NCBI GenBank assembly: GCA_039936235.1
Contig: JBDTIS010000141.1
Span: forward strand, 1,395-65,394
DNA length: 64,000 nt
Origin: Burkholderiaceae bacterium
GTDB lineage: Bacteria > Pseudomonadota > Gammaproteobacteria > Burkholderiales > Burkholderiaceae_D
Direction: 5' to 3'
Below the pieces are notes generated by a model, which ran no database searches, had not been told where the DNA came from, and saw only the letters and a list, made by a program, of their open reading frames with translations. How positions within the stretch are numbered: the stretch's first letter is position 1; each line of letters begins with the position of its first letter. A program made the translations under genes and the position numbers. Shown in pieces: positions 47,335-56,792 of this stretch.

Positions 47335-48935
47335 AGACGCGCATCGATCCGACTTCCGAAGTCTTCCGTCGCAGCGTTGCGCGTTATGCCGAACTGACCG
47401 ATCGGCTGCGCGACCGCGTTCGGTGGTCGCTGGCCGGCGGCGGCGAGAAGCTGCGCGCGCGTCATCTCGAGCGCGGCAAGATTCCGGTGCGCGACCGCAT
47501 CGAACTGCTGCTCGACTCCGGCAGCGCGTTCCTCGAACTGTCGGCGCTGGCCGGCTGGGGGCTCTACGACAACCAGGTGCCCGCGGCCGGCGTGATCACC
47601 GGGGTCGGCAACGTGTCCGGCGTGGCCTGCATGATCATCGCCAACGACGCGACGGTGAAGGGCGGCAGCTTCTTCGCAGAGACCGTCCGCAAGCATCTGC
47701 GCGCCCAGGAGATCGCGTGGGAGAACCGGCTGCCGTGCCTGTACCTGGTCGACTGCGGCGGCGCCTTCCTGCCCGAGCAGGATCGCGTGTTCCCCGACTA
47801 CGGCCACTTCGGCACGAGCTTCTATCACCAGTGCCGGATGAGCGCCGACGGGCTGCCGCAACTGTCCGCGGTGTTCGGGGGCTGCACGGCCGGCGGTGCC
47901 TACATCCCCGCGCTGTCCGACGAGTCGGTGATGGTCGAAGGCACCGGCCGCATCCATCTCGGCGGCCCGCCGATCGTGAAGGCCGCGATCGGCGAGATCG
48001 TCGACGGCGAGACGCTCGGCGGCGCCGCGATGCATGCGCGTGTGTCCGGCGTCACCGACTATCTCGCGATGACCGAACACGAGGCGCTGCAGAAGCTGCG
48101 CGACATCGTGGCGCATCTGAACTGGCCGGTTGCGACCCATGCGACGCGATTGCCGGTGCGGCCGCCGCTGCACGATCCGGCACAGATCGAAGGCATCGTC
48201 GGGACCGATCTCAAGCAGCCGTTCGACGTCCGCGAGGTGATCATGCGATTGGTCGATGCGAGCCGGGATGGCAACGGCATGCAGGAGTTCAAGCCCGAGT
48301 ACGGTTCCACGCTGGTCTGCACGTTCGCGCATCTGCACGGTTATCCGGTCGGCATCGTCGCGAACAACGGTGTGCTGTTCTCGGAGTCGTCGATGAAGGG
48401 CGCGCATTTCATCGAGCTGTGCAACCAGCGCCGCATCCCGTTGCTGTTCCTGCAGAACATCACCGGCTTCATGGTCGGCACCGAGGCCGAGCGCGGTGGT
48501 ATCGCGAAGCATTCGGCGAAGCTGGTCTACGCGGTCGCGACCGCGCGTGTGCCGCGCTTCACGGTGCTGATCGGCGGCAGCTACGGCGCCGGCAACTACG
48601 GCATGTGCGGACGCGGCTTCGCCCCGCGTTTCCTGTTCGCATGGCCGAACAGCCGCATCGCGACGATGAGTCCCGAGGTCGCGAGCACGGTACTGGTGGC
48701 GCTGCGTCGGAGTTCGTTGAAGGGCGACGGCGATGCCGAGTCCCTGCAGGCGCTGGAGACCGGGACGCGGCGGCAGTTCGAGGAACAGAGCGATCCGTAC
48801 TACGCGACCGGGCGGCTGTGGGACGACGGTTTGATCGAGCCGTCGCAGACGCGGGATGTACTGGGGATCTGCCTGCAGCTCGCGGACGCGAGCACGCCGC
48901 GCTTCGAAGGACAGAGTCCGGTTTATCGGATGTGA
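47331..48935 (+). CDS. Acyl-CoA carboxylase carboxyltransferase (beta) subunit, methylcrotonyl-/geranyl-CoA carboxylase family
   Basis: The protein is 534 aa and contains GKIPVRDRIELLLD, ANDATVKGGS, GGAYIPA and QNITGFMVG. Confidence 0.92.
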   Translation: MKTRIDPTSEVFRRSVARYAELTDRLRDRVRWSLAGGGEKLRARHLERGKIPVRDRIELLLDSGSAFLELSALAGWGLYDNQVPAAGVITGVGNVSGVACMIIANDATVKGGSFFAETVRKHLRAQEIAWENRLPCLYLVDCGGAFLPEQDRVFPDYGHFGTSFYHQCRMSADGLPQLSAVFGGCTAGGAYIPALSDESVMVEGTGRIHLGGPPIVKAAIGEIVDGETLGGAAMHARVSGVTDYLAMTEHEALQKLRDIVAHLNWPVATHATRLPVRPPLHDPAQIEGIVGTDLKQPFDVREVIMRLVDASRDGNGMQEFKPEYGSTLVCTFAHLHGYPVGIVANNGVLFSESSMKGAHFIELCNQRRIPLLFLQNITGFMVGTEAERGGIAKHSAKLVYAVATARVPRFTVLIGGSYGAGNYGMCGRGFAPRFLFAWPNSRIATMSPEVASTVLVALRRSSLKGDGDAESLQALETGTRRQFEEQSDPYYATGRLWDDGLIEPSQTRDVLGICLQLADASTPRFEGQSPVYRM

Positions 48936-48967
48936 TGGGAATGCACGCAACACTGCCGCGGTTTGCC

Positions 48968-48988
48968 CCTCCCCCTTCGAGGGGGAGG
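48968..48988. repeat. REP-like GC hairpin (family shared with 59949-59969)
   Basis: The sequence is CCTCCCCCT-tcg-AGGGGGAGG, inside the 168-bp beta/alpha spacer. Flanking sequence is also similar, in reverse orientation, to the 59940-59969 region. Confidence 0.6.
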
Positions 48989-49103
48989 CTGGTAGGGGGA
49001 TGGGTTTCGACGCATCGCCTGACAAATGCCGGCCCTCTCCCCTCCCCGACCCGCACCCTGGGTCAAGCCCGGGGCACGCTCTCCAAGCGGAGGGGACGTA
49101 CCG

Positions 49104-51101
49104 ATGTTTGACGCCCTCCTCATCGCCAACCGCGGCGAGATCGCCTGCCGCGTCATCCGCACCTGCCGCCGCATCGGCATCCGCACGATCGCCGTGTTCT
49201 CCGACGCGGACGCGAACGCACGTCACGTTCGCGAGGCCGACGCCGCGATCCGCATCGGTCCCGCGCCGGCGCGCGCGTCCTACCTCGACGCGCACGTCAT
49301 CTTGCAAGCGGCGATCGACAGCGGTGCGCAGGCCATCCATCCCGGCTACGGCTTCCTGTCCGAGAAGCTCGAGCTGATCGATGCCTGCGCCGCCACGGGC
49401 ATCACGTTCATCGGCCCCCACCGCGATGCGATCGCGCTGATGGGCTCGAAGATCGAGAGCAAGCGGATCGCGCGCGCCGCCGGCGTCCCCTGCGTGCCGG
49501 GCTACGACGGCGACGACCAGACCGATGCGCGGCTGCACGACGAAGCGCAGCGGATCGGCTTCCCGCTGCTGATCAAGGCCAGCGCCGGCGGCGGCGGCAA
49601 AGGCATGAAGCGCGTCGACGACGCCGCTGCATTCGCCGCACGACTGCATGCGGCGCGCGGCGAGGCACTCGCGTCGTTCGCCGACGATCGCGTACTGCTG
49701 GAACGCTACATCCAGCGACCGCGCCATCTCGAGGTTCAACTGCTCGGCGACCGGCACGGCGGCCTCGTGCATCTCTTCGAACGCGAGTGCTCGATCCAGC
49801 GCAACTATCAGAAGCTGATCGAGGAGGCGCCGGCCAATCACCTCGGCGACGCAATCCGTACGAAGCTGTTCGACGCCGCGCTGATGCTCGGTCGCGCGAT
49901 CGGCTACGACTCGACCGGCACCGTCGAATTCGTCCTCGACGCCGACGCCGGCGACACGCCTTGTTTCCTCGAGATGAACACGCGGTTGCAGGTCGAGCAT
50001 CCGGTAACCGAGATGACCGTGACGGCCGACGGCATGTCGATCGATCTGGTCGAGCAGCAGATCCTCAGCGCGCTCGGCGAACGCCTCGTGTTCGCGCAAC
50101 CGGATATCCGCAGGCACGGTTGGGCGATCGAGGCGCGCATCAACGCCGAGGTACCGGAGCAGGACTTCGGTGCGTCGTTCGGTCCGATCACCGGCTACGA
50201 AGAACCGGTCGTCCACGGGCTGCGGTTCGACAGCGGCATCGACGCGCGCAGCACGATCACGCCGCATTACGACGCGATGCTCGCGAAGGTCATCGCATCG
50301 GCTGCGACGCGCGCGGTCGCACGCGATCGACTGCTGGACGGACTGCGGCGCCTGCGCATCGAAGGCATCCAGACCAACCAGCGCTTGCTCGCCGCGGTCG
50401 TCGCATCGCCGGCGTTCGATGCCGTGCTGACGACGCGCTTCCTGCCCGACGCGTTCCCCGATGGATACCGTGTCGCTGCCATGGCGGTCGACGAACGCGT
50501 CTGCGCGGCCGCGGCGGCCCGGTATTTCGCTGCGGTCGAGCGGCACTCGTCCGATCGTCCGCTAGCTGCGCTGACCGGCTTTCGGCTGACCGCGCCGGCC
50601 GGCCGACGCGCGATGGCGACATTCCTCGTCTCGGACGACGCCGCGGACCGAATCGTCGTCGTCGAGTCGCTGACTGCGCTCAGGGTCGCCTGCCATCTCG
50701 ACGGCGACACCTGGCCATTCGATGGCGAGACCGGTGCCGTCGTTTCGGCGACCCGTCGTTATCGCGCATCGATCGACGACGCGCAGGTCGCGCTGTGGAC
50801 CGAGGGCACCTGGAAGCGATTCGCAGTCGGGCCCGCCGTGGCGGCGCGCCAGGCCGACGATCGCACAGGCGGAGGCGGGGACTGCATCGCGGCGGATCTG
50901 CCGGGCGTCGTGACGCAGGTACTGGTCGACGTCGACCAGCCGGTCGCCGCGGGTACCCCGGTGATCGTCGTCGAGGCGATGAAGCTGTTCCACACGCTGG
51001 TCGCGCCGCGTGACGGCGTGATCGCGCACATCCGCGTCGCGATCGGCGCGACGGTAGATCGCGGGGACGTGCTCGTGGAGCTGGCACCCGCGACCGTCTG
51101 A
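49104..51101 (+). CDS. Acyl-CoA carboxylase biotin carboxylase + BCCP (alpha) subunit
   Basis: The start is ATG 49104 with GGAGGGGA upstream. The N-terminus is MFDALLIANRGEIACRVIRT. Other biotin carboxylase motifs are GGGGKGM and EMNTRLQVEH. The C-terminal biotinyl domain reads VVEAMKLFH. Confidence 0.92.
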   Translation: MFDALLIANRGEIACRVIRTCRRIGIRTIAVFSDADANARHVREADAAIRIGPAPARASYLDAHVILQAAIDSGAQAIHPGYGFLSEKLELIDACAATGITFIGPHRDAIALMGSKIESKRIARAAGVPCVPGYDGDDQTDARLHDEAQRIGFPLLIKASAGGGGKGMKRVDDAAAFAARLHAARGEALASFADDRVLLERYIQRPRHLEVQLLGDRHGGLVHLFERECSIQRNYQKLIEEAPANHLGDAIRTKLFDAALMLGRAIGYDSTGTVEFVLDADAGDTPCFLEMNTRLQVEHPVTEMTVTADGMSIDLVEQQILSALGERLVFAQPDIRRHGWAIEARINAEVPEQDFGASFGPITGYEEPVVHGLRFDSGIDARSTITPHYDAMLAKVIASAATRAVARDRLLDGLRRLRIEGIQTNQRLLAAVVASPAFDAVLTTRFLPDAFPDGYRVAAMAVDERVCAAAAARYFAAVERHSSDRPLAALTGFRLTAPAGRRAMATFLVSDDAADRIVVVESLTALRVACHLDGDTWPFDGETGAVVSATRRYRASIDDAQVALWTEGTWKRFAVGPAVAARQADDRTGGGGDCIAADLPGVVTQVLVDVDQPVAAGTPVIVVEAMKLFHTLVAPRDGVIAHIRVAIGATVDRGDVLVELAPATV

Positions 51102-51120
51102 CCTCGCCCGGAATGCGCCT

Positions 51121-51435
51121 TCAGCCGACCACGACTTCGCTCATCTGGATCACCGGTGCCAGGTCGGTGTAGTTCTTGATGTCGGCCATGATCTCCTGGG
51201 CGTGCGGACCGAAGCCCGCGCCGAATGCATCGGCCGACTCGCTGTAGATGTGGCACATCCCGACATAGGTCGCCGGCGTATCCGGCGCGCCGCCGCCCAG
51301 GCCCCTGTCGATCGTGTACTTCACGCAACTGTCCCCCATCCGCGCCTTCACGAGCGGCATGTGCTTGTCGCGGTAGTAGTCGTGGTCGAATCGGGCACCA
51401 GGGGTGTTCGGATACATCACGCTGACCTTGATCAT
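51121..51435 (-). CDS. EthD-family protein
   Basis: I use ATG 51435 with GAGGAGAA upstream. The protein is 104 aa and begins MIKVSVMYPNTPGARFDHDYYRDKHMPLV. Confidence 0.8.
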   Translation of the reverse strand: MIKVSVMYPNTPGARFDHDYYRDKHMPLVKARMGDSCVKYTIDRGLGGGAPDTPATYVGMCHIYSESADAFGAGFGPHAQEIMADIKNYTDLAPVIQMSEVVVG

Positions 51436-51982
51436 TGCTTCTCCTCGTCGTTGTCCTTCGTACCGGCGACGGATCGTGCACCGGCGTTCCGCATCTGACA
51501 AGGCGTTGTACGGATCAGCCCTTCGATTTCCTCTTCGTCGTGACGGCGGCCCGGGCTGCTTCGGCGCATCGTCGTCGGACGGCAGATGGGCCAGCTGGTC
51601 CGCGTCGAGCTTGCCGATGAACTTCCAGCCGTCCGGCAGCTCGATGAACGCGAAGCGGTCGGCGGATCGACGAATACGTCGTAATCGCTGGCGACGGGCG
51701 CCTGCTCGCGCGGCGGAACCGATCAACATCGCAGGTATGAAGACGAGGCACGGGGCGCCCATGGTCGCGGTGAGCGCCGGGCTGCTCGAAGTTGCCGCGC
51801 TGACGACTCTTTACTCGGGATTAACCCGGCTGGTCGATCGCGGCCGGGCAAGGCACACTCGCAGGCCGTCATGCATCGGTCCCGCGCCATATGCGCACGA
51901 ATCTTGGAGGGTTCGGTGGGAGACCGTTCGCGAATGCACCGACGTGCACGGGGACTCGAACACAACACGACAAGGAAAATAT

Positions 51983-53335
51983 ATGTCTCAAGACGATTCC
52001 AGCAATTCGAAGGACGGCCTGTCGCGACGCGGCTTCCTGCAGGCCGGCGCCGGCCTCGCCGGCGGTCTTCTCGTTCCGAGCCTGATCCAGCAGGCCCTTG
52101 CGGCCGATGCGACCGTGGGCACCTACCCGGCGGGCACGTCTGGCTCATCCGTCTTCGTCGGCATCTGCACGCCGCGCACCGGGACCTACGCGGCGCAGGG
52201 CGAGGATGAGATCAAGGGCTACGAGCTGGCGATCGAGCACCTGAATGCGGGCGACGAGTTGATCCGCAAGATCTCGCCGAACACGAAGAAGGGCGTCCTC
52301 GGCAAGGAAGTGAAGTACGGCATCTCGGACAGCGAAGCGAAACCCAATACGGCGGTGCAGGCCGCGTCGCGATTCATCTCCGAGAACAAGGCCATCATGT
52401 TCACCGGCTCGGTCTCGAGCGCGGTCGCGGTGGCGCTCAACAAGCTCGCCGATCGCGAGAAGGTCATCTACCTGCCGTGCATCAGCGGCTCGAACGACAC
52501 CACAGGCAAGGACTGCGTCCGCTATTCGTTCCGCGAGTGCTTCTACGCACAGACCGCGGCGCAGGCGATCGCCCCGGTGCTGATCAAGAACATCGGACGC
52601 GGCAAGAAGATCGCGTTCCTGACGCCCGACTACACCTATGGCCATACGGTGCGCCAGTCGATGGAGGACGTGCTCAAGGCCAAGGGCGACTGGACGGTCG
52701 CGACGAACCAGGTCTCGCCGCTCGGCACGACCGACTTCTCGTCGTACCTGCTCAACGTCGCCAACAGCGGCGCGGACGTCGTCGTCAACATCAACTTCGG
52801 TCGTGACGCGGTCCTCTCGATCAAGCAGGCGAGCAGCTTCGGCATCCTGCAGAAGATGACGCTGGTGCTGCCGTACAACACGCCGTTCGTCGCGAAGGAA
52901 GTCGGCGAGGAAGCGATGGAAGGCGTCTACGCCGGCACGGACTACTGGTGGACGATCGAAGACAAGTATCCGCTGGCGAAGATGTTCAACGCGTCCTTCA
53001 AGAAGAAGTACAACTACAACCCCGAGTGGGGCGCGAATGCGGCCTACCTGCAGATCGCGATGTGGGCCGACGCCTGCGAGCGCGCCAAGACCTTCAATCC
53101 GCCCGACGTCATCAAGGCCTACGAAGCGGGCAAGGTGGTCCAGTCGACCGTCGGGGACGTCCACTTCCGTCCCGAGGATCATCAACTGGTGCGCCCGGTC
53201 ATCATCGTCAAGGGCAAGAAGAAGTCGGCGATGAAGGCGGCGGACGACTACTACGACGTCGTGGACATCGTCGACGGCGGCCCGCTGATGCAGGCGCCCG
53301 ACGCCTTCGGCTGCAAGCTCGGCAGCTACACCTGA
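51983..53335 (+). CDS. Liv/HAAT-type ABC substrate-binding protein with twin-arginine signal
   Basis: The start is ATG 51983. The Tat motif is SRRGFLQAG. The remainder has PBP type-I-like sequence. Confidence 0.88.
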   Translation: MSQDDSSNSKDGLSRRGFLQAGAGLAGGLLVPSLIQQALAADATVGTYPAGTSGSSVFVGICTPRTGTYAAQGEDEIKGYELAIEHLNAGDELIRKISPNTKKGVLGKEVKYGISDSEAKPNTAVQAASRFISENKAIMFTGSVSSAVAVALNKLADREKVIYLPCISGSNDTTGKDCVRYSFRECFYAQTAAQAIAPVLIKNIGRGKKIAFLTPDYTYGHTVRQSMEDVLKAKGDWTVATNQVSPLGTTDFSSYLLNVANSGADVVVNINFGRDAVLSIKQASSFGILQKMTLVLPYNTPFVAKEVGEEAMEGVYAGTDYWWTIEDKYPLAKMFNASFKKKYNYNPEWGANAAYLQIAMWADACERAKTFNPPDVIKAYEAGKVVQSTVGDVHFRPEDHQLVRPVIIVKGKKKSAMKAADDYYDVVDIVDGGPLMQAPDAFGCKLGSYT

Positions 53336-53370
53336 CCGTCTGCGGTTAACCGGCCTTAGAAAGGGCGTCG

Positions 53371-54246
53371 ATGTTCAGTTGGGCCAACCTGGTTTCGCAG
53401 ATGTTCAACGGCCTGGTGCTGGGAGCGCTGCTCGCGCTCATCAGCTCCGGCCTGACCATCATCTACGGGACGCTCGGCGTTCTGAATCTGGCACACGGCG
53501 CGATGTTCATGATCGGCGGCTACGCGGGCTACGTCGCGTATACGTACACCGATTCGTACGTCGTGGCCGTGATCGCCGGTTCGCTGTTCGTGATGGTGGT
53601 CGGCGTGTTGATGGAACGGGTCGTCATCCGCCATTTCTACAGCCGGCCGGACGAAGACCAGATCCTGGTGACGTTCGGCCTCGGCATCTGTTTCGTCGAG
53701 GTCATCCGCTACTTCTTCGGCAGCCTGTCGCGGTCGATGCCGTCGCCGTCGTGGGCCACCGGGATCACGTCGCTCGGTTTCGTGTTCTATCCGACCTACC
53801 GGCTCGCAGTGGTGGGCATCGTGGCGGTCGCGCTGCTCGCGCTCTACATCGTCCTGTACCGCACGCGGCTCGGCATGATCGTGCGCGCGGGCATCGAGGA
53901 CGCGGTGATGGTCGACTCGCTCGGCATCAACGTGTATCGGATCTTCATGATCGTGTTCGGCATCGGCGCGATGGCGGCGGGCTTCGCCGGTGCCGTGAAC
54001 CTGCCGGTCGCCCCGATCACACCCGATAGCGGCGAAGCGATCCTCATCCAGACCTTCGTGGTGATCGTGATCGGCGGCGTCGGTTCGTTCCCCGGCGCCA
54101 TTCTCGGAGGCATCATTGCCGGCGAGATCCTCAGCATCACGTCGATGATCAATCCCGGCTACGCGTATCTCATGCTGTTCGTCGCGATGACGCTGGTGCT
54201 GGTCTACCGGCCTCACGGGTTGCTCGGCAGCCAGACACGGAGCTGA
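53371..54246 (+). CDS. Branched-chain-type ABC permease (LivH-like)
   Basis: Supporting sequence includes LISSGLTIIYGTLGVLNLAHGAMFMIGGY. The protein is 291 aa and multi-TM. Confidence 0.9.
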   Translation: MFSWANLVSQMFNGLVLGALLALISSGLTIIYGTLGVLNLAHGAMFMIGGYAGYVAYTYTDSYVVAVIAGSLFVMVVGVLMERVVIRHFYSRPDEDQILVTFGLGICFVEVIRYFFGSLSRSMPSPSWATGITSLGFVFYPTYRLAVVGIVAVALLALYIVLYRTRLGMIVRAGIEDAVMVDSLGINVYRIFMIVFGIGAMAAGFAGAVNLPVAPITPDSGEAILIQTFVVIVIGGVGSFPGAILGGIIAGEILSITSMINPGYAYLMLFVAMTLVLVYRPHGLLGSQTRS

Positions 54247-54249
54247 CCG

Positions 54250-56097
54250 ATGGCCCGCATTTCCCCAGCGCGTCGTTACGGACGCGCCGAGATCCTGACG
54301 GCCATCGGGCTGATCCTGGCGCCGTTCGTGCTGCCGTACTTCGGCTTCGCGACCGACACGATGAACCGCATCCTGGTGCTGGGCCTGTTCGGCATCGGCT
54401 TCGACCTGCTGTTCGGCTACACCGGCCAGCTCTCGTTCGGCCAGTCGGCCTTCTTCGGGACCGGCGGGTTCGTGGCCGCCTACCTGCTGACACGGACCGG
54501 CTTTCCTAGCGTCACGCTCGCGTTGCTGATCGGCACGGCAGTCGCCGCAGCGACCGGCTATGTCGTCGGCCTGATCGCGCTCAGGCGTACCGGCATCTAC
54601 TTCGCGATGATCACCGTCGCGATCGCCGAGGTGTTCTTCTTCGTGGAGAACTCGCCGATGTCCGCCTACACCGGCGGCGAGAACGGGCTGCCCGGCGTGC
54701 CCGCGCCGACGTTCTACCTCGGCTTCACGACCCTCCCGATCACGAGCGGCTGGAGCATGTACGGCTTCCTGGCCGTGTGCTACTTCATCGGCATCGTGTT
54801 CGCGCGCCGCATCGTCCAGTCGCCGGTCGGCCGCATCCTCGTCGCGATTCGCGACAACCCGCTGCGGGCGCAGGCGGTCGGTCACGACGTACATCGCTAC
54901 AAGCTCCTGGTGTTCGTGATCGCGGCCGCCTATGGCGGCCTCGCCGGTGGGCTGCTCGGCGTGCTGCAGGGCTACATGCCGCCCGACGCGTTCACGTTCG
55001 ATACGTCCGGGCAGCTCGTCATGCAGAGCGTGATCGGTGGACTGGGCACCCTGTACGGGCCGCTCGTGGGGGCCGCGATCTGGCTCTACCTGCGCGACTT
55101 CCTCCAGGACGCACTCCATCTCGGCGCGGCGTGGAAGCTCGTGCTCGGTGCGATCTTCGTGCTGCTCGTGTTCTTCCTGCGCCGTGGCGTGATCGGCGGC
55201 TTCGTCAGCCTGCGTGCCTGGATCGCCCATCGCGGCAGCGCCACGACCGACGGTGAGGAGCCCGACGGCGAGATGGCGGAGATCGAGGACACGCCCGTCG
55301 CGGCGGCGATGCCCGCGCGTCACCGCGACATCGACCGGACGTCCGGTCCGATCCTGCAGGCGACCGGGCTCTCCAAGCGCTACGGCGGGTTGATGGCGAA
55401 CAGCGATATCGACTTCACGGTCGAGCACGGCGAGCTGCGCGGCATCATCGGTCCGAACGGCGCCGGCAAATCCACGTTCTTCAAGATGCTGACCTGCGAG
55501 GTGGCGCCGACCTCGGGCAAGATCGTCTTCGAAGGCAGGGACATCACCGGCATGAGCGTCACCGACGTCTGCCAGCTCGGCCTCACCAAGAGCTACCAGG
55601 TCAACCAGCTCTTCACGCACCTGACCGCACGCGAGAACCTGACGGTCGCGGCGCTGGCCGACCTGCGCGGGAAGTTCCGCATGGACGTGCTGCGCACGCC
55701 GTCGAAGATTCCGGGACTGTCCGATCAGGTCGACCACGTGCTCGGTCTCGTCAACCTGTCGCGCCGCGCCGACACGCCGGTCGCGTCGCTCGCATACGGC
55801 GAGAAGCGACGCCTGGAGATCGGCCTCGCGCTCGCCACGTCGCCCAGCCTGCTGCTGCTCGACGAACCGCTCGCCGGCATGAGTCCGCAGGAACGCGTGT
55901 CGACCGTCCGCCTGCGCAAGTCGATCAGCGCGGGCCGCACGATGATCATCATCGACCACGACATGGACGCGCTCTTCGAACTGGCCGAGAAGGTCACGGT
56001 CCTGCAGGAAGGCCGGGTGCTGGTGGAGGGGACGCCCGACGAGATCAAGGGTAACGCACGGGTGCAGGAAGCCTATCTCGGCGGAGTCCTCGAATGA
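54250..56097 (+). CDS. Fused LivM-like permease and LivG-like ATPase
   Basis: The N-terminal ~330 aa form a permease (GYTGQLSFGQSAFFG). A linker follows, then an ATPase with GPNGAGKST, a signature motif (AYGEKRRLE) and LLLLDEP. Confidence 0.88.
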   Translation: MARISPARRYGRAEILTAIGLILAPFVLPYFGFATDTMNRILVLGLFGIGFDLLFGYTGQLSFGQSAFFGTGGFVAAYLLTRTGFPSVTLALLIGTAVAAATGYVVGLIALRRTGIYFAMITVAIAEVFFFVENSPMSAYTGGENGLPGVPAPTFYLGFTTLPITSGWSMYGFLAVCYFIGIVFARRIVQSPVGRILVAIRDNPLRAQAVGHDVHRYKLLVFVIAAAYGGLAGGLLGVLQGYMPPDAFTFDTSGQLVMQSVIGGLGTLYGPLVGAAIWLYLRDFLQDALHLGAAWKLVLGAIFVLLVFFLRRGVIGGFVSLRAWIAHRGSATTDGEEPDGEMAEIEDTPVAAAMPARHRDIDRTSGPILQATGLSKRYGGLMANSDIDFTVEHGELRGIIGPNGAGKSTFFKMLTCEVAPTSGKIVFEGRDITGMSVTDVCQLGLTKSYQVNQLFTHLTARENLTVAALADLRGKFRMDVLRTPSKIPGLSDQVDHVLGLVNLSRRADTPVASLAYGEKRRLEIGLALATSPSLLLLDEPLAGMSPQERVSTVRLRKSISAGRTMIIIDHDMDALFELAEKVTVLQEGRVLVEGTPDEIKGNARVQEAYLGGVLE

Positions 56098-56792
56098 GCC
56101 TTCTCGAGGTCCAGGGTCTCAACAGCTACTACGGCGATTCGCACATCCTGTTCGACGTTTCGCTGCGCGTGGAGCCGAACGAGGTCGTCGCGCTGATCGG
56201 CCGCAACGGCGCCGGCAAGAGCACGACGCTGAAGAGCCTGATGGGCGTCGTCACCCCGCGAAGCGGCTCGGTGGTCTTCGACGGCCATGACGTCGCCGGC
56301 AAGAAGAGTCACGCGATCGCCAGGGCCGGCATGCAGCTGGTTCACGAGGACCGTCGTATCTTCGGCAGCCTCAACGTCGAGGAGAACATCATCCTCGCCG
56401 GACTGACCGCGCCGGCGCGCTGGCCGCTCGACCGCATCTACGAGATGTTCCCGCGGCTCAAGGAACGGCGCGGCAGCCGCGGGACCGACCTGTCCGGCGG
56501 CGAGCAGCAGATGCTCGCGATCGCGCGCGCGCTGGTGCGCGATCCGAAGCTGATCCTTCTCGACGAACCGTTCGAGGGTCTGGCGCCGGTGATCGTGCAG
56601 GACTTGATGAAAGCGTGCAGGGCGCTTGCGGCGGCCGGCCAGACCATCGTGCTCGTCGAGCAGAACCTGGCAGCCACGCTGGCGCTCGCGCATCGCATCT
56701 ACATCGTCAACAACGGCCACATCGTCCACGAAGGCCTGGCCAGCGAACTCAAGGCCCGGCCCGAGATCCTGCAGCGCTATCTCGGCGTCTGA
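56094..56792 (+). CDS. LivF-like ABC ATP-binding protein
   Basis: The start overlaps the preceding stop as ATGA. Motifs are GRNGAGKST, LSGGEQQML and ILLDEP. Confidence 0.9.
   Translation: MSLLEVQGLNSYYGDSHILFDVSLRVEPNEVVALIGRNGAGKSTTLKSLMGVVTPRSGSVVFDGHDVAGKKSHAIARAGMQLVHEDRRIFGSLNVEENIILAGLTAPARWPLDRIYEMFPRLKERRGSRGTDLSGGEQQMLAIARALVRDPKLILLDEPFEGLAPVIVQDLMKACRALAAAGQTIVLVEQNLAATLALAHRIYIVNNGHIVHEGLASELKARPEILQRYLGV

Noticed and set aside
48936-49103. Possible CRISPR array or tRNA-like structures in the hairpin-rich spacers (also 59862-60011, 60906-60990 and 63474-63581)
   Set aside because: The hairpins are single or inverted copies, not evenly spaced direct repeats with unique spacers. 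No cas genes are present. No cloverleaf with an anticodon arm can be drawn. They fit REP-type elements.
47106-50546. 1146-aa minus-strand ORF antisense to TetR and the carboxylase beta/alpha genes
   Set aside because: It has no recognisable motifs and shows compositional bias (R, A, D, G, V, H). It mirrors genes that have unambiguous catalytic motifs.
53356-55959. 867-aa minus-strand ORF antisense to LivH and the LivM-LivG fusion
   Set aside because: It is a shadow ORF with an extreme Arg/Asp/His/Glu content. The sense-strand genes have clear permease and Walker motifs.
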